Positions 1 through 10,883 of a DNA stretch of 64,000 bases are shown here, piece by piece; position 1 is the stretch's first letter; every line of letters starts with the position of its first letter. This stretch comes from an uncultured Acidobacteriota bacterium (GTDB taxonomy: Bacteria; Acidobacteriota; Blastocatellia; RBC074), in NCBI GenBank assembly GCA_963796275.1, contig CAWCKY010000004.1, positions 864,001 through 928,000 on the forward strand, written 5' to 3'. The notes beneath the pieces were generated by a model. It was given only the letters and a program-made list of their open reading frames with translations, did not search any database and was not told the origin of the DNA. The translations under genes and the position numbers were made by a program.

Positions 1-2786
1 AGGCAGTCGAGCTCGAACCGATGCTCTCTGAATCATGGTTCAATCGAGCGCTCTGTTATGAGCAGATGAATCTTACACATCAGGCGGAGAGCGACTGGGA
101 GCAGTATCTCGCTCTCGATAGTAGTTCGGCATGGGCAGAAGAGGCTCGCGTACGTCTCGAGAAGCTACGAAACCGGAAAGCACAGATGGAGAAGCAGGAC
201 CAGAGCATTCCGGAAGAATTCCTGGCGGCTGAGGCAGCCGGCAATGAACCAAAGATGCGCGAGTTTATAACCCGGCAATTCGTCGTCATCCAGAATCTGG
301 CGATGAATCATATCTTCGATAAGTATCTATCCGCGGCCATTTCCGGAGAGAAGAACCAGGCCGATCAACACTTGCGTGCGCTCAAGCATATTGGACAGTT
401 GATCAGCGATATCAAAAGGGATCGCTTCGTCAGCGATGCGGTCAATTTTGTGGCGCGCGGCAACTCCGCAGTGAAAAAGGACGTACAGGCAATCCGTCAG
501 ACCCTCCAACAAGCCAGAGGGGAATACGCGCGCGGTAATATTAGCGCCGCATCGGGGCTATACGAGAAAGCCCATAACGCCGCTGAACTTATTGAAGATC
601 ATTGTCATGCCGAAATGGCAGCTCTCGGCCTCGCCCGTCCTTACGGTTACGCGGACGAATCTGAGGGAATTGTCTCGCTCAGAAATCGGCTCGTAAGCGA
701 CAGCGAACGGCGATTTCATCGGCAGATGCACGCCCAGGCGCTCCTTGCGCTGGCTAATGTCGAGGGGGCAGCACAGCAATTATCACTTAACCTTCAACAT
801 AGCAATCAGTCTGCCGAAATCGCCAAGGAGTTAGGCGATGCCCAAACCGCAGTCAACAGTTTGAGGTTTGTCGCCTTCGCTTACGACAGCATCGGCGATT
901 ACGATCTTGCATTAAAGAAGCGCTACGAAGCCATCTCGCTGATTCGCGATTTCCCGGCCAGTCACCACATAAATGCTGTGGTTTACGACGGGATGAGTGA
1001 CACGCTCTTCAAAATGGGCAGATATCCAGCGGCGCTGCATTACCAGCGTGAAGCCGTATGGTCGAGCGAGCAATCGGTCAATATACCGTTATCTGTTTAT
1101 ATGACCCAGAGACTCGGGTTGATTTACGGTATGCTGGAAAAGCATGAAATGGCGAGACAGCACCTCGATCAAGCAATTGCACGCGCCGAAACGGTCTCAG
1201 ATAAAATCGCACGTAAACAGCTGCAATTGGATCTTTATACAAACTATGGCGATTTCTACGTAAAACAAAACAGGCCTGGTGATGCAATCACGATTTACCA
1301 ACGCGCTATCGAAAATTTAGTAAAGTCGGGAAGTCGTTTTCACCTCTCGTCTATTCACCAGGGTCTTGCATCGGCATATCTGGCACTGGGGCAGAATGAG
1401 GAAGCCGAGAAACAGCTTCAAACAAGTATCGATTTAATCGAGCAGGCGCGCGGACAGATCGATGACGCGCGTAGCCGAGGCACCTTCCTCGCCAGCCAGC
1501 AGAACATCTATCGTGCGATGGTCACCTTTCAGTTCTTTAAGAAGAACGACCATGCGCGAGCATTCAATTACGCCGAGATCGCCAAGGCTCGCGATCTCCT
1601 CGATACATTGGCAGGTTCACCCGAAATAAATACAAACGACGGCCAGATCAGGTTGGCCGTCACCAGCAGCGCCACCCCTCTCACAATCGAACAGGTGCAG
1701 CGCGCGCTGCCGCTCAACACCCAACTGGTCCAGTATGTCATCGGCAAGGAAAACCTGATGATCTGGCTCGTCAAGCGCGACCGGTTGTTGACAGCAAACG
1801 CCAATGTGAGCGCGGATAAGTTGCGAGGCAAGGTCACGGCTTATCTCGATGAGCTGCGTAAGCGCGGCAATATCGAAGGTCTCAACAGCCAGGCGTCTGA
1901 GTTATATCAATGGCTGATCGCACCGATAAGCAAACACCTCGAACCGGATAGCGAGCTATGCATCGTGCCGGACGGGTTGTTGCAAAATCTGCCGTTCGCC
2001 TCGCTGGTCTCGCCTGAGACGAAACGCTATCTTGTCGAAGACTACTCGCTCGTCACCAATCCGAGTGCGAGCGTCTTCGCGCGGACTCTGGAATTATCCT
2101 GTGACAAGCAGTTGACCGGGACGGGATCGTTCCTCGGCTTCGCCAATCCGCGCTTCAATCAACAGATTTTCCCCAAACTTAATCCGTTGCCCTCGTCCGA
2201 TGAGGAGATCGCCCGCATTCAATCCCATTACTCCGCGGCGCGTATCCTGAGCCGTGGGCAGGCGACCGAGAGCGCTCTCGTCAATCAAATAGGCAAGTAT
2301 GAGATTGTCCATTTGGCCACGCATTCGTTGAGCGACAAGCAGTCATCGCTACTCTCGACGATCGTGCTGGCGGACGAAAGGGATCGACATAAGGGAGAGC
2401 GATATCCCGGCCGAGCCCTATTCGACGGTGCGCTGCGGGCTCACGAGATATACGGCCTGAAGCCGGAGATGACGCGACTGGTAGTTCTCTCGAGCTGCAG
2501 TTCTGGGCTCGGCGATCAGACGCGCAATGAGGCTATGGGCGGCCTGGCGCAGGCATTTCTGGCGGCCGGCGTCCCGACGGTGGTCGCGAGTTTGTGGGAA
2601 ATCGATGATGAGAGTACGGCGGGGCTGATGGAGAAGCTCCACGCCACTCATCGCATGAAGAGACTTGCCTTCGGCCAATCATTGCGCCAGGCACAGATTT
2701 CGTATCTTCAATCCGCGCCCGTGCGGCGTCGGCATCCTTACTTTTGGGCGACTTTTATCGTCACCGGTAATGGATTGACAACTTAA
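1..2786 (+). CDS. TPR-repeat + C-terminal CHAT (caspase-like) protease, 5'-truncated by window edge
   Basis: Frame is open from window start (AVELEPM...). Many TPR-like helices, then CHAT motifs LCIVPDGLLQNLPF, catalytic His in VHLATHS, catalytic Cys in VVLSSCSSG, VVASLWEIDD and HPYFWATF. Confidence 0.93.
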   Translation, partial: AVELEPMLSESWFNRALCYEQMNLTHQAESDWEQYLALDSSSAWAEEARVRLEKLRNRKAQMEKQDQSIPEEFLAAEAAGNEPKMREFITRQFVVIQNLAMNHIFDKYLSAAISGEKNQADQHLRALKHIGQLISDIKRDRFVSDAVNFVARGNSAVKKDVQAIRQTLQQARGEYARGNISAASGLYEKAHNAAELIEDHCHAEMAALGLARPYGYADESEGIVSLRNRLVSDSERRFHRQMHAQALLALANVEGAAQQLSLNLQHSNQSAEIAKELGDAQTAVNSLRFVAFAYDSIGDYDLALKKRYEAISLIRDFPASHHINAVVYDGMSDTLFKMGRYPAALHYQREAVWSSEQSVNIPLSVYMTQRLGLIYGMLEKHEMARQHLDQAIARAETVSDKIARKQLQLDLYTNYGDFYVKQNRPGDAITIYQRAIENLVKSGSRFHLSSIHQGLASAYLALGQNEEAEKQLQTSIDLIEQARGQIDDARSRGTFLASQQNIYRAMVTFQFFKKNDHARAFNYAEIAKARDLLDTLAGSPEINTNDGQIRLAVTSSATPLTIEQVQRALPLNTQLVQYVIGKENLMIWLVKRDRLLTANANVSADKLRGKVTAYLDELRKRGNIEGLNSQASELYQWLIAPISKHLEPDSELCIVPDGLLQNLPFASLVSPETKRYLVEDYSLVTNPSASVFARTLELSCDKQLTGTGSFLGFANPRFNQQIFPKLNPLPSSDEEIARIQSHYSAARILSRGQATESALVNQIGKYEIVHLATHSLSDKQSSLLSTIVLADERDRHKGERYPGRALFDGALRAHEIYGLKPEMTRLVVLSSCSSGLGDQTRNEAMGGLAQAFLAAGVPTVVASLWEIDDESTAGLMEKLHATHRMKRLAFGQSLRQAQISYLQSAPVRRRHPYFWATFIVTGNGLTT

Positions 2787-2824
2787 TCGCTCGCTCGGAG
2801 CGCACAATTCCAGCGTGGCAACCT

Positions 2825-3355
2825 GTGGTCACCCGCCCGACCAGTGACAATCACGGCCAAGTACCGCAGTCCCTGGCACGCTGGTATTGTACGCTCCGAG
2901 ATCGGCGAATTTTTTCTGAGCACACAGCAATGGGAAAAAATCATAGTGCTCCGCCCTGCTGTGAGTCGACAGTCCATCAGACGGTGGCTCTACCGCAGAA
3001 GCTGGCGCAAATAATATTTGATCAAAAAGACTGGGCTTTTGTGTCACAAGAAACTGCTCCCGTCAGGCGACTATTTATCCGAGAGCGCAGATCACTGGCG
3101 CTCCAATGGGTGCGGCACACCCGCCAACTTGCCACCCGGATCGTCATTCACAACTGCTGCGCATCCCCTATAAATCACCAACGCGCAGTCAATTGGTTTA
3201 AGCTATTCAGCAACTACACGCTCCTCCTGAGTATTTGTATCGTTTTGTTTTTCGTAATTCGATGGGGCAATCCTATCTACGCGACCAAACTGGTGGCCTG
3301 GGCGCTCGATATTGTCGAAAGACTCTATCATCCTCCACACACTTCTGCGGTCTAG
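2825..3355 (+). CDS. hypothetical protein with C-terminal hydrophobic segment; start uncertain
   Basis: ORF 38 bp after the CHAT stop on the same strand; predicted TM LLLSICIVLFFVI; N-terminal third looks less protein-like. Confidence 0.55.
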   Translation: MVTRPTSDNHGQVPQSLARWYCTLRDRRIFSEHTAMGKNHSAPPCCESTVHQTVALPQKLAQIIFDQKDWAFVSQETAPVRRLFIRERRSLALQWVRHTRQLATRIVIHNCCASPINHQRAVNWFKLFSNYTLLLSICIVLFFVIRWGNPIYATKLVAWALDIVERLYHPPHTSAV

Positions 3356-3395
3356 GTGACATCCGATCAACATCAATAAAACCGGGATAAATTCG

Positions 3396-3893
3396 ATGGG
3401 AGAAAACGCAAACTTTATGATTAAGCATGCCGAGATTGCACTGGCGATAGAGGAGATCGAACGGGAATTTCTCGATGTGATACAGGAAGACATCGCCCGC
3501 TTGATCTTTCTGGCATCAACCCGAGACTATCAGGCCGACCGATACCAGCACGATGTCCTCGCATATCTCTACTCTGAGGATATGGCCGACGAGGCCTTGG
3601 CTGCCTGCCATCGCAAAGTTTTCGATCGCGTTACGATCACGCCGCTTCCCGAACTCGTCTGGCAGCTGGATAGTTATCTCGTTTCGGTCATCATGCCGCA
3701 GAGCGAGGTCATTCAGCTTTGGAAGAAACATACTCCATATCACATATTGCCTCCGAGAGACTGCGATCCTCTAGCCGCGGAGATCTTTTTATCGAATGTT
3801 AAAGTGGCACTGACGATTTTGGAGGAGCGCAGCAAAAATGAGGTGCATTCCAAGCATGACCCGATCTTATCAAAAATAGCAGATTTAGCCTGA
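3396..3893 (+). CDS. hypothetical alpha-helical protein
   Basis: 165-aa ORF continuing the CHAT gene run; motif RLIFLASTRDY..RYQH resembles, from memory, an uncharacterised acidobacterial family. Confidence 0.75.
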   Translation: MGENANFMIKHAEIALAIEEIEREFLDVIQEDIARLIFLASTRDYQADRYQHDVLAYLYSEDMADEALAACHRKVFDRVTITPLPELVWQLDSYLVSVIMPQSEVIQLWKKHTPYHILPPRDCDPLAAEIFLSNVKVALTILEERSKNEVHSKHDPILSKIADLA

Positions 3894-4069
3894 ATATAAA
3901 CTAAAACAGCCACAGAGACTCACCTGAGATTTCATATATAAGATATGAGATCTAAGTAGTGTCTATGCGGCTGGATAAAAATCGAAAACGCGATCCAGAC
4001 GGATGCCTGACGCCAAGGAGATAGAGACCCCTCTTCTCCTTGGCGTCTTCGCATCTCCGCTTCAAATCA

Positions 4070-6985
4070 TTACGGACCCGTGCATAAGAAGGTCCTAAAT
4101 GACAACGAGAATGCGCGCACGTTGCCAGTATCGAGCGCTGCGACATCGGAGACGCTCAGCGTCCATGTGCCGTTCCCCATCTTACCGTCGAAAGCCGATA
4201 GCGGGTTGGCCGGTTTAAACGTCCCGGTGAAGGGTGCGTTAAGAAACGTGATGTTCTGGATAAAGAACGGTGCGCTATCATCTAGCACCGAATTACAAAA
4301 GTTATTACCATCGTTAGTGATGCCGCCCGGCCGGTTCACCAGCGTGACGGTCGTACCATCCGGCGAGGTCAGTGTGATCACGAGGTCGCTCACCCACTGG
4401 TGGTCGAGCCCGACCGTTGTCGCGCCGCTGGCGCTCGAGCAACTGCTGCCGTCAAAACTGAATTTGAGGCCACTGACCGGGCCTGTCAGCCCGCTCACCA
4501 TAATCGGAATATTGACTCCCGTGGGGATGCCATCGGGAATCGGCACCGGCGGTCCGGTATAACTGATGACTGTGTCGGGAGCCGGCGTTCCCGTCTGAAT
4601 TCTGAAGGTGGAGACCTGCGGCCCGACGGGGCTGTTTGCGTAATTGACCGTCAATGTGAATTCGATCACCTGGCCGCAACCTGCCGCGCTGTCGATGTTG
4701 AAAGTGAACGGCACCGCATTGACGGCACTCTGGCCATTTGAACCGATGATCGGATAGCTGGAAGTGGCCGTGACGATCGTTACGCCCGGAGTTGTGGTAG
4801 TAAGCGTCCCGCTGATGCCGAGCGCCGTGGCGCCACCGATATTGGTCAACTGAGCCGAGACCGTGCCACCTTCACCGGGCTCGAAACTGCCATCGCCATC
4901 ACCAACATCCGCTGTTGCCACCGTGCCGAGTTGGAGCAAAGGCGAAGGAGCCGCGCCGATCTGGAGCAGCGCCCCGAAAGCGTCAATGATTCCGGTTCCG
5001 GAATCGCGGTCACGACCGCTCGCTTCAATGTCGATCGCGGTCTGCATGAGCGCCTGCCGGATCCTATTCTGCGTCGCCCTCGGTCTGGCCGATTTCAGCA
5101 ACGCGGCGACCGCAGCGGCGTGTGGCGCAGCGGCCGATGTGCCGAAGAACGGCTGAAAAAAGGGAACGCTGGTCGACACACCGTCTACCGCTGTCAGGTC
5201 GGGCTTTTTGCGCACCTCTCCGCCATTGTTGCTGAAAAGGAGGCTGCCCGGCGTGATCGGGGTGCCGTCGGATTTGTAGAAAACGCGGCGGAAACCGTCG
5301 GAACTGAACAATTCCACCGGATTGGAAGGGCCGCCGGTAAAGGTCCCGGCTCCCGCGACCGAGGCATCGATCGCCGCGACGCCGAACGCCCCGGCGACAG
5401 AGTTGTGGCCGTGAGTCGATCCGGGAGTTGCGATCCCCAACTGGCCGCCGAAATTGTTCAAATGCAGCGCGCGCCGCTCCGCCCCGTCCGCTTTGAAAAT
5501 CAGGATGCGATCGTTTGCGAGAGCGCCGGCTGTGAATTCGAGGGGGTCGTCATCGCCGTCCTGAATGCTGGTCGACGCATCGAACACCGTGGTCAGCGTG
5601 TTATCCATGATGATGAGGTCATAGTCGTTGGCCGAAGCACCCGCCGGATCCGACCACCATAACCCGAGAATAAATCCAGAATTGGACTCAACGCGGTTTG
5701 CAATCGCGCCGTTGCCGAAATCATGGAGCGTACCGCCGGGAAGTAATGGGAGCGTGGTCCGTGAATTCTTGAAATCACCCTCCCAAACGCTGGAGGTCCC
5801 GTCGTTGAAATTGCCGTCATTGCCGGCCGAAGAAAAATAAAGCGCTCCGTCCGCAACCACCTCCTCGACCGCAGTTGAAATGATGTCGTCGTGGAAGGGC
5901 GATTCGACGTTGTAAATAACGTCGTCGACGATGATGTCGCAGCCCGCAGCGCGCAGTGCGCGAATATTATCGGCGAAACTGTTGACGCCATTGAAAGCGG
6001 TGGCGAAGAAGAGCTTGGCGCCGGGGGCCAGGTCGTAAATGATCTCGAGCATCGCCGTACCCTCACCGCCACCCGGAGGGCCCTCCTGTCCGGGCAACAC
6101 CGTGACATCAGACGGAAGATCGCCTGAAGCAAACGACTGCGGCATGAAGTCGACGCTGTCCGAGAGGACGCCGATCTTGACGCCCGCACCGTTGACGCCG
6201 AAGAAATTACGTCCAGCCAGTGCGCCGAGAGCCGTATCGCCCTCTGAAATGACGTTACCGGTATTTGCCCGCGGAATGTCCTGCGCGCGGCGCGCGCCCG
6301 CTTTCGCAAGAGCCGCTGTGATCTGCGTACGGACGTTCATCGCCCGTTGATCGAAATTGAGCCGTGACCCGGTTTGCAGGAACGGGTTTGTTTTAACGGG
6401 CAGCGTCGCAGGAGCTTTGCCGGCCATGCGGGTGTTGGCGATTTGCCAATGAGTCCTCGCTTGTTCAGCCGACTTGATCGATATGACTTCGGAATTTTCC
6501 GCCAGTGGCGAAATAGCTTCCCACGGCAGCCAGGCTCGGACTTCCTTTTCCGAGGCGCTGGTAATTTGTCCGCCAAACTTCTGGATCATCATCAGAAACG
6601 GCTTGTCGACTCTAGCTCTGATATTAAGGTGCATACGACCGCGGGCATCGATATTTTTTGTCGTGGCGGCCGCCGAGCGTAATGTCCTGACTTCACCGCG
6701 CGCGGTCATCATCTCACCGCGTTGCGATTTCATCGCGTACCGAAGATTCGAAGCGATCTTCTTTTGTGCCGGCGTGAGCGAGTTTTTCTCGGCAAGCAGG
6801 GCACTAATCTGAGCTTGCGCGGCAGCGCTCAGTGGCAACTCACCAGTTGCCGATCCGCCAGGCTGTTGTATCGTACCTCGCTGCGCGCTTGCGCCGCGAA
6901 ATGATACCGGGATCATTAAACAGCTGGCCACGAGAGCAAGTAAAACCACTATTGTTGAACTGGATCTCACGTATCGTTTTATCAT
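4070..6985 (-). CDS. secreted subtilase (S8/S53-like) with C-terminal proprotein-convertase P-domain
   Basis: Signal peptide; IGVLSDS, EGTAMLEIIYDLAPGA, SAGND, KPDLTAVDG, FFGTSAAAPH; P-domain motifs HQWVSDLVITLTSPDG and GNGTWTLSVSD; AGGAGG RBS upstream. Confidence 0.92.
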   Translation of the reverse strand: MIKRYVRSSSTIVVLLALVASCLMIPVSFRGASAQRGTIQQPGGSATGELPLSAAAQAQISALLAEKNSLTPAQKKIASNLRYAMKSQRGEMMTARGEVRTLRSAAATTKNIDARGRMHLNIRARVDKPFLMMIQKFGGQITSASEKEVRAWLPWEAISPLAENSEVISIKSAEQARTHWQIANTRMAGKAPATLPVKTNPFLQTGSRLNFDQRAMNVRTQITAALAKAGARRAQDIPRANTGNVISEGDTALGALAGRNFFGVNGAGVKIGVLSDSVDFMPQSFASGDLPSDVTVLPGQEGPPGGGEGTAMLEIIYDLAPGAKLFFATAFNGVNSFADNIRALRAAGCDIIVDDVIYNVESPFHDDIISTAVEEVVADGALYFSSAGNDGNFNDGTSSVWEGDFKNSRTTLPLLPGGTLHDFGNGAIANRVESNSGFILGLWWSDPAGASANDYDLIIMDNTLTTVFDASTSIQDGDDDPLEFTAGALANDRILIFKADGAERRALHLNNFGGQLGIATPGSTHGHNSVAGAFGVAAIDASVAGAGTFTGGPSNPVELFSSDGFRRVFYKSDGTPITPGSLLFSNNGGEVRKKPDLTAVDGVSTSVPFFQPFFGTSAAAPHAAAVAALLKSARPRATQNRIRQALMQTAIDIEASGRDRDSGTGIIDAFGALLQIGAAPSPLLQLGTVATADVGDGDGSFEPGEGGTVSAQLTNIGGATALGISGTLTTTTPGVTIVTATSSYPIIGSNGQSAVNAVPFTFNIDSAAGCGQVIEFTLTVNYANSPVGPQVSTFRIQTGTPAPDTVISYTGPPVPIPDGIPTGVNIPIMVSGLTGPVSGLKFSFDGSSCSSASGATTVGLDHQWVSDLVITLTSPDGTTVTLVNRPGGITNDGNNFCNSVLDDSAPFFIQNITFLNAPFTGTFKPANPLSAFDGKMGNGTWTLSVSDVAALDTGNVRAFSLSFRTFLCTGP

Positions 6986-7559
6986 TAGACCTCCTGAAGT
7001 CTATTCTGAGGGAGAAGCGGGTTACCGCTTGTTGTAAGGAAAGCGTCTGAGACAGCCGTGTTAGTAATTACCGCCTCATACCGATCAAAGATGATAATCA
7101 GCCACGATGTGATATACACCGAATATCTGTTATTGCTGCGAATTGAATGGCCGAACGGAGCGCTTAAATCACCCGCTGCGGGGTCACGCTCTCAGGAAGA
7201 CAGAGTGGGTGTCTTTCTCCGATCTTAGAGGCCAAGGTGGAGATTCTACAGATCAATCTATGTTTCGTCCATACTTATGCCTCAATAAGGGCAACTTATG
7301 TCACGAATTTACCAATAATTTTTACCGATAATTTTTATATTAAATTTAAGTTGTATCTCGCAATTTATTTACACAGACTTATTAACATGGCATGTCGGGG
7401 AACTGACAATATCGTTTTCCATTTGCAACCGATCGGTCGGCGATGCAATGAGGAAACGGAATGGCGGTCTGAGCCGGTATGCACCTTGGCAAGCCCCGCC
7501 TATTCGATTACGGGGTCGTTAATATATGCAATCGCTGGCCGATCTCGGAGATTACATTC

Positions 7560-10500
7560 ATGTTAAAAAATATCACCCTGCTTCTCACGACGATCTTGTT
7601 TTTAGGCGCGTCGCACGCATCAGCGCAGCAAGAGACGGCGACGGTGACTGGCGAGGTCAAGGACGGTTCGGGCGCCGTGGTTCCACAGGCGACCATCACC
7701 ATTACCAACACCGGCACCAACATCAGCATCAGGAGCGAAACGAACGAACTCGGCTCCTATACCGTGCCAAACCTACGGCCTGGTGCTTACAGCATCACCG
7801 TCGAAAAAACAGGTTTCAACAAAACCGTGCGCAGCGGGCTGGTCCTGCAGGTCAACCAGGTCGTGCGCATCGACTTAGCCTTACTACCCGGGGGCGTCAA
7901 CGAGGTAATCGAAGTGGCAGGCGGAGCGACGCTGCTCGAAACGGAGACATCATCGCGTGGAGCGTTGATCGATCAGAAGAAGATCGTCGATCTGCCGCTC
8001 AACGGGCGCGACTACAATCAGCTCGCGCTCCTCTCGCCCGGTGTGCTGGCCGGCACGCCGCGACTCGCATCGATCAATTTCAAGGGTGCGATCAATGTCA
8101 ACGGCAACCGGGTGTTTATGAATGTATTCCTGCTCGACGGCGTGGACAACATTTCGTACTCAAATAGCTTTCGCGGCGACAATGTCCAGGTCGTCCAGCC
8201 TTCGATCGAGGCGCTGCAGGAGTTCAAAATTCAAACCAATGCCTACTCAGCCGAGTTCGGCCGCTCGGCGGGAGCTGTGGTAAACGCAGCGATCAAATCG
8301 GGTACGAATGCCTTTCACGGCAGCGCCTACGAATTCCTGCGCAACGACGCGCTCGACGCCAACAATTTCTTCGCCAACTTCACCGGGCAGGAGAAGCCCG
8401 TCCGCCAACGCAACCAGTTAGGCGGCGCGCTCGGCGGCCCGGTCATCAAAAACAGGACATTTTTCTTCGGCGATTATGAAGGTATGCGCGAGCGCGAGGG
8501 CATCGTGCGCATCTCCACGTTGCCGTTGCCCAGCGAGAAAAATGGCATCTTTCTTAACAGCGATGGAACACCAGCTCTGATTCGAGACCCTTTCAAGACC
8601 GGTAATTGCATCAGCTCTAACCGACCTGAAGACCAAGTCGCGTGTTTTCCCAACGGCACTATACCCACGGGCAGCTTCGACCAGGTCGGTGCAAAAATCG
8701 TCGCCTTAATTCCGGATCCGAACCTTCCCGGCACAAGCAACAACTATGTCGCCACGCCAGTCACACGCACGCGCCAGGATCAGTTCGACGTGCGCATCGA
8801 TCATAACTTCAGCAGCAATCTCAATGCATTTGGACGTTACAGTTTCGTTGATTCGAACCTTTTCCGTCCCGCGCCGCTGCCGGGCCTGGCAGAAGGATCA
8901 TTCAACGATGCGTTCGGCACGGGCGACAGCCGTTCCCAGGGTATGGCAGCCGGCGTGAACTGGACGATCAGCTCTCTGATGACCGCCGACATCCGATTCG
9001 GCCACACGCGCGGCGACTACTTCGTCTTCCCTCCCAATTTCGGAGTGAATGGCGCGGAACAGGTCGGCTTGAATAACGTGCCGGGTGATCCGGAGATCGC
9101 CGGAGGATTACCGAAGATCAACCTCCAGGGCTTTTCGGCGATCGGACGCCACACTTCAACGCCGCAGTTCCAGACGCCGCGCAGTTACGATTTCAAGGGA
9201 TCGCTCTCGTATCTCCGCGGCCGGCACTTTATGAAATACGGCGGTGAACTGCTGTTGGTAAACACCGGAATACGCGATATCAATGCGCTGATCGGCAACT
9301 TGAACTTCAACAACAATCTCTTCACGGGGCGTGCAATCGGCGATCTGCTGCTCGGACTTCCCCAACGCTTGACGCTCACCAGCAACTCGGTCTTCAATCA
9401 GAAGCAGCAGCTCTATTTCCTATACCTGCAGGACGATTTCAAAGTCTCACAGAAACTGACGCTGAATCTCGGTTTGCGCTATGAATATGCAACGCCTGTC
9501 GTTGAGGAAGACAATCAATTCGTCAACCTTGATCCGCTCACCGGCTCAGTAATTACGGCGAAAGACGGAAGCCTGTTCGACCGCGCATTGGTTCGTCCGG
9601 ACCGCAATAACATCGCGCCGCGGGTCGGATTTGCCTGGTCGCCGACGGGTCGCTGGGTGGTTCGCGGAGCTTACGGAATATTCTACAACCATACGAACCG
9701 GCAGGGCCGCGAGGGCCTGTTAGGATTCAATCCGCCGTTCCTGGTTGACAACACGATCAGCGTCTCGGGCAATAGCCAGCCGGCCAGCAGCGCGATCTTC
9801 CGGTTGCAAAACGGCTATCCATCGGGCCTGCTCGATCCTGGCAATCTGACGCCCACGATCATGCGGCGCGCACAGGACATCGACCAGCGCTCACCATATA
9901 TCCAGCAATGGAACTTCGGGATACAGCGGGAGATTCGAACAGACCTGCTTATCGAAATCGCATATGTGGGTAACAAAGGCACCAAACTGGCCGGTTTTCG
10001 CAACCTGAATCAACGCGCAGTTGTGTTCAATCCGCAGACGGGCGCGGCGAGCGCGGGGGCGCGGCCGTTCCCGCAATTCGGCGATATCCAGTTTCTCGAG
10101 AACCGCGTCCTTTCGAACTACCACTCGATGCAGATTCGCGTCGAGAAACGCTATTCGGCAGGCCTCACATTCCTCGGCAGTTACACCTGGGGCAAGGCTC
10201 TGACGCTCTCGCCCGACCATCTGTCAACCAGCGGAGTCGGCGCCGGTTTCGATGTAGGGACCTTCCGCGAACCTCAGAATCCGAACGATCTGCGATCCGA
10301 ACGCGGGCTGGCAGAATTCGACATCGAGCAGCGCGGCGTAATCAGCTACGTGTGGGAGATTCCTTTCGGCAAATCCCGCAAGTTCGGGAAGAACGCGAGC
10401 GCGCTGGGCGATCTGTTGTTCGGCGGATGGAATGTAACCGGCATTAATACATTTCAGAGCGGCCTCGGGCTGACCGCCATACAAACAGGCGGTTTAGTCT

Positions 10501-10871
10501 TGGACCTGGGCGGGGAACGCCGCGGCAGACCGAATCTGATCGGCGATCCGAAGGGCCCAAAAACGACCGAAGAATGGTTCAATAAAGCCGCGTTTTCGCA
10601 GATCAACCCGAACCAGGGGCTCGTCTTCGGCAATTCGGGTGTCGGCGTGATGAGGGGCCCCGGTCTGGTTAATTTCGATTTCACTTTTTCGAAAAACATC
10701 GCCGTGACCGAGACGAAATACTTTCAGTTCCGCACGGAGTTATTCAACGCATTCAACCACACCAACCTGGGGTTGCCGAGCCTCGATATCGCCAACGCTG
10801 CTTTTGGATCCATTCGGACAACTGCAACCCCTGCGCGGATCATCCAATTCGCGCTGAAGTTCTACTTTTGA
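7560..10871 (+). CDS. TonB-dependent receptor (Oar-like, carboxypeptidase regulatory-like N-domain)
   Basis: Signal peptide from ATG 7560; LPLNGRDY, EFKIQTNAYSAEFGR, KSGTNAFHGS, C-terminal QFALKFYF. Confidence 0.95.
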   Translation: MLKNITLLLTTILFLGASHASAQQETATVTGEVKDGSGAVVPQATITITNTGTNISIRSETNELGSYTVPNLRPGAYSITVEKTGFNKTVRSGLVLQVNQVVRIDLALLPGGVNEVIEVAGGATLLETETSSRGALIDQKKIVDLPLNGRDYNQLALLSPGVLAGTPRLASINFKGAINVNGNRVFMNVFLLDGVDNISYSNSFRGDNVQVVQPSIEALQEFKIQTNAYSAEFGRSAGAVVNAAIKSGTNAFHGSAYEFLRNDALDANNFFANFTGQEKPVRQRNQLGGALGGPVIKNRTFFFGDYEGMREREGIVRISTLPLPSEKNGIFLNSDGTPALIRDPFKTGNCISSNRPEDQVACFPNGTIPTGSFDQVGAKIVALIPDPNLPGTSNNYVATPVTRTRQDQFDVRIDHNFSSNLNAFGRYSFVDSNLFRPAPLPGLAEGSFNDAFGTGDSRSQGMAAGVNWTISSLMTADIRFGHTRGDYFVFPPNFGVNGAEQVGLNNVPGDPEIAGGLPKINLQGFSAIGRHTSTPQFQTPRSYDFKGSLSYLRGRHFMKYGGELLLVNTGIRDINALIGNLNFNNNLFTGRAIGDLLLGLPQRLTLTSNSVFNQKQQLYFLYLQDDFKVSQKLTLNLGLRYEYATPVVEEDNQFVNLDPLTGSVITAKDGSLFDRALVRPDRNNIAPRVGFAWSPTGRWVVRGAYGIFYNHTNRQGREGLLGFNPPFLVDNTISVSGNSQPASSAIFRLQNGYPSGLLDPGNLTPTIMRRAQDIDQRSPYIQQWNFGIQREIRTDLLIEIAYVGNKGTKLAGFRNLNQRAVVFNPQTGAASAGARPFPQFGDIQFLENRVLSNYHSMQIRVEKRYSAGLTFLGSYTWGKALTLSPDHLSTSGVGAGFDVGTFREPQNPNDLRSERGLAEFDIEQRGVISYVWEIPFGKSRKFGKNASALGDLLFGGWNVTGINTFQSGLGLTAIQTGGLVLDLGGERRGRPNLIGDPKGPKTTEEWFNKAAFSQINPNQGLVFGNSGVGVMRGPGLVNFDFTFSKNIAVTETKYFQFRTELFNAFNHTNLGLPSLDIANAAFGSIRTTATPARIIQFALKFYF

Positions 10872-10883
10872 TTTTCTCAGATA

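Noticed and set aside
7050-7559. Riboswitch ahead of the TonB receptor and ORFs 7143-7331 and 7237-7566
   Set aside because: No cobalamin, TPP or SAM consensus was recognised; the ORFs look like chance frames in an AT-rich divergent promoter region.
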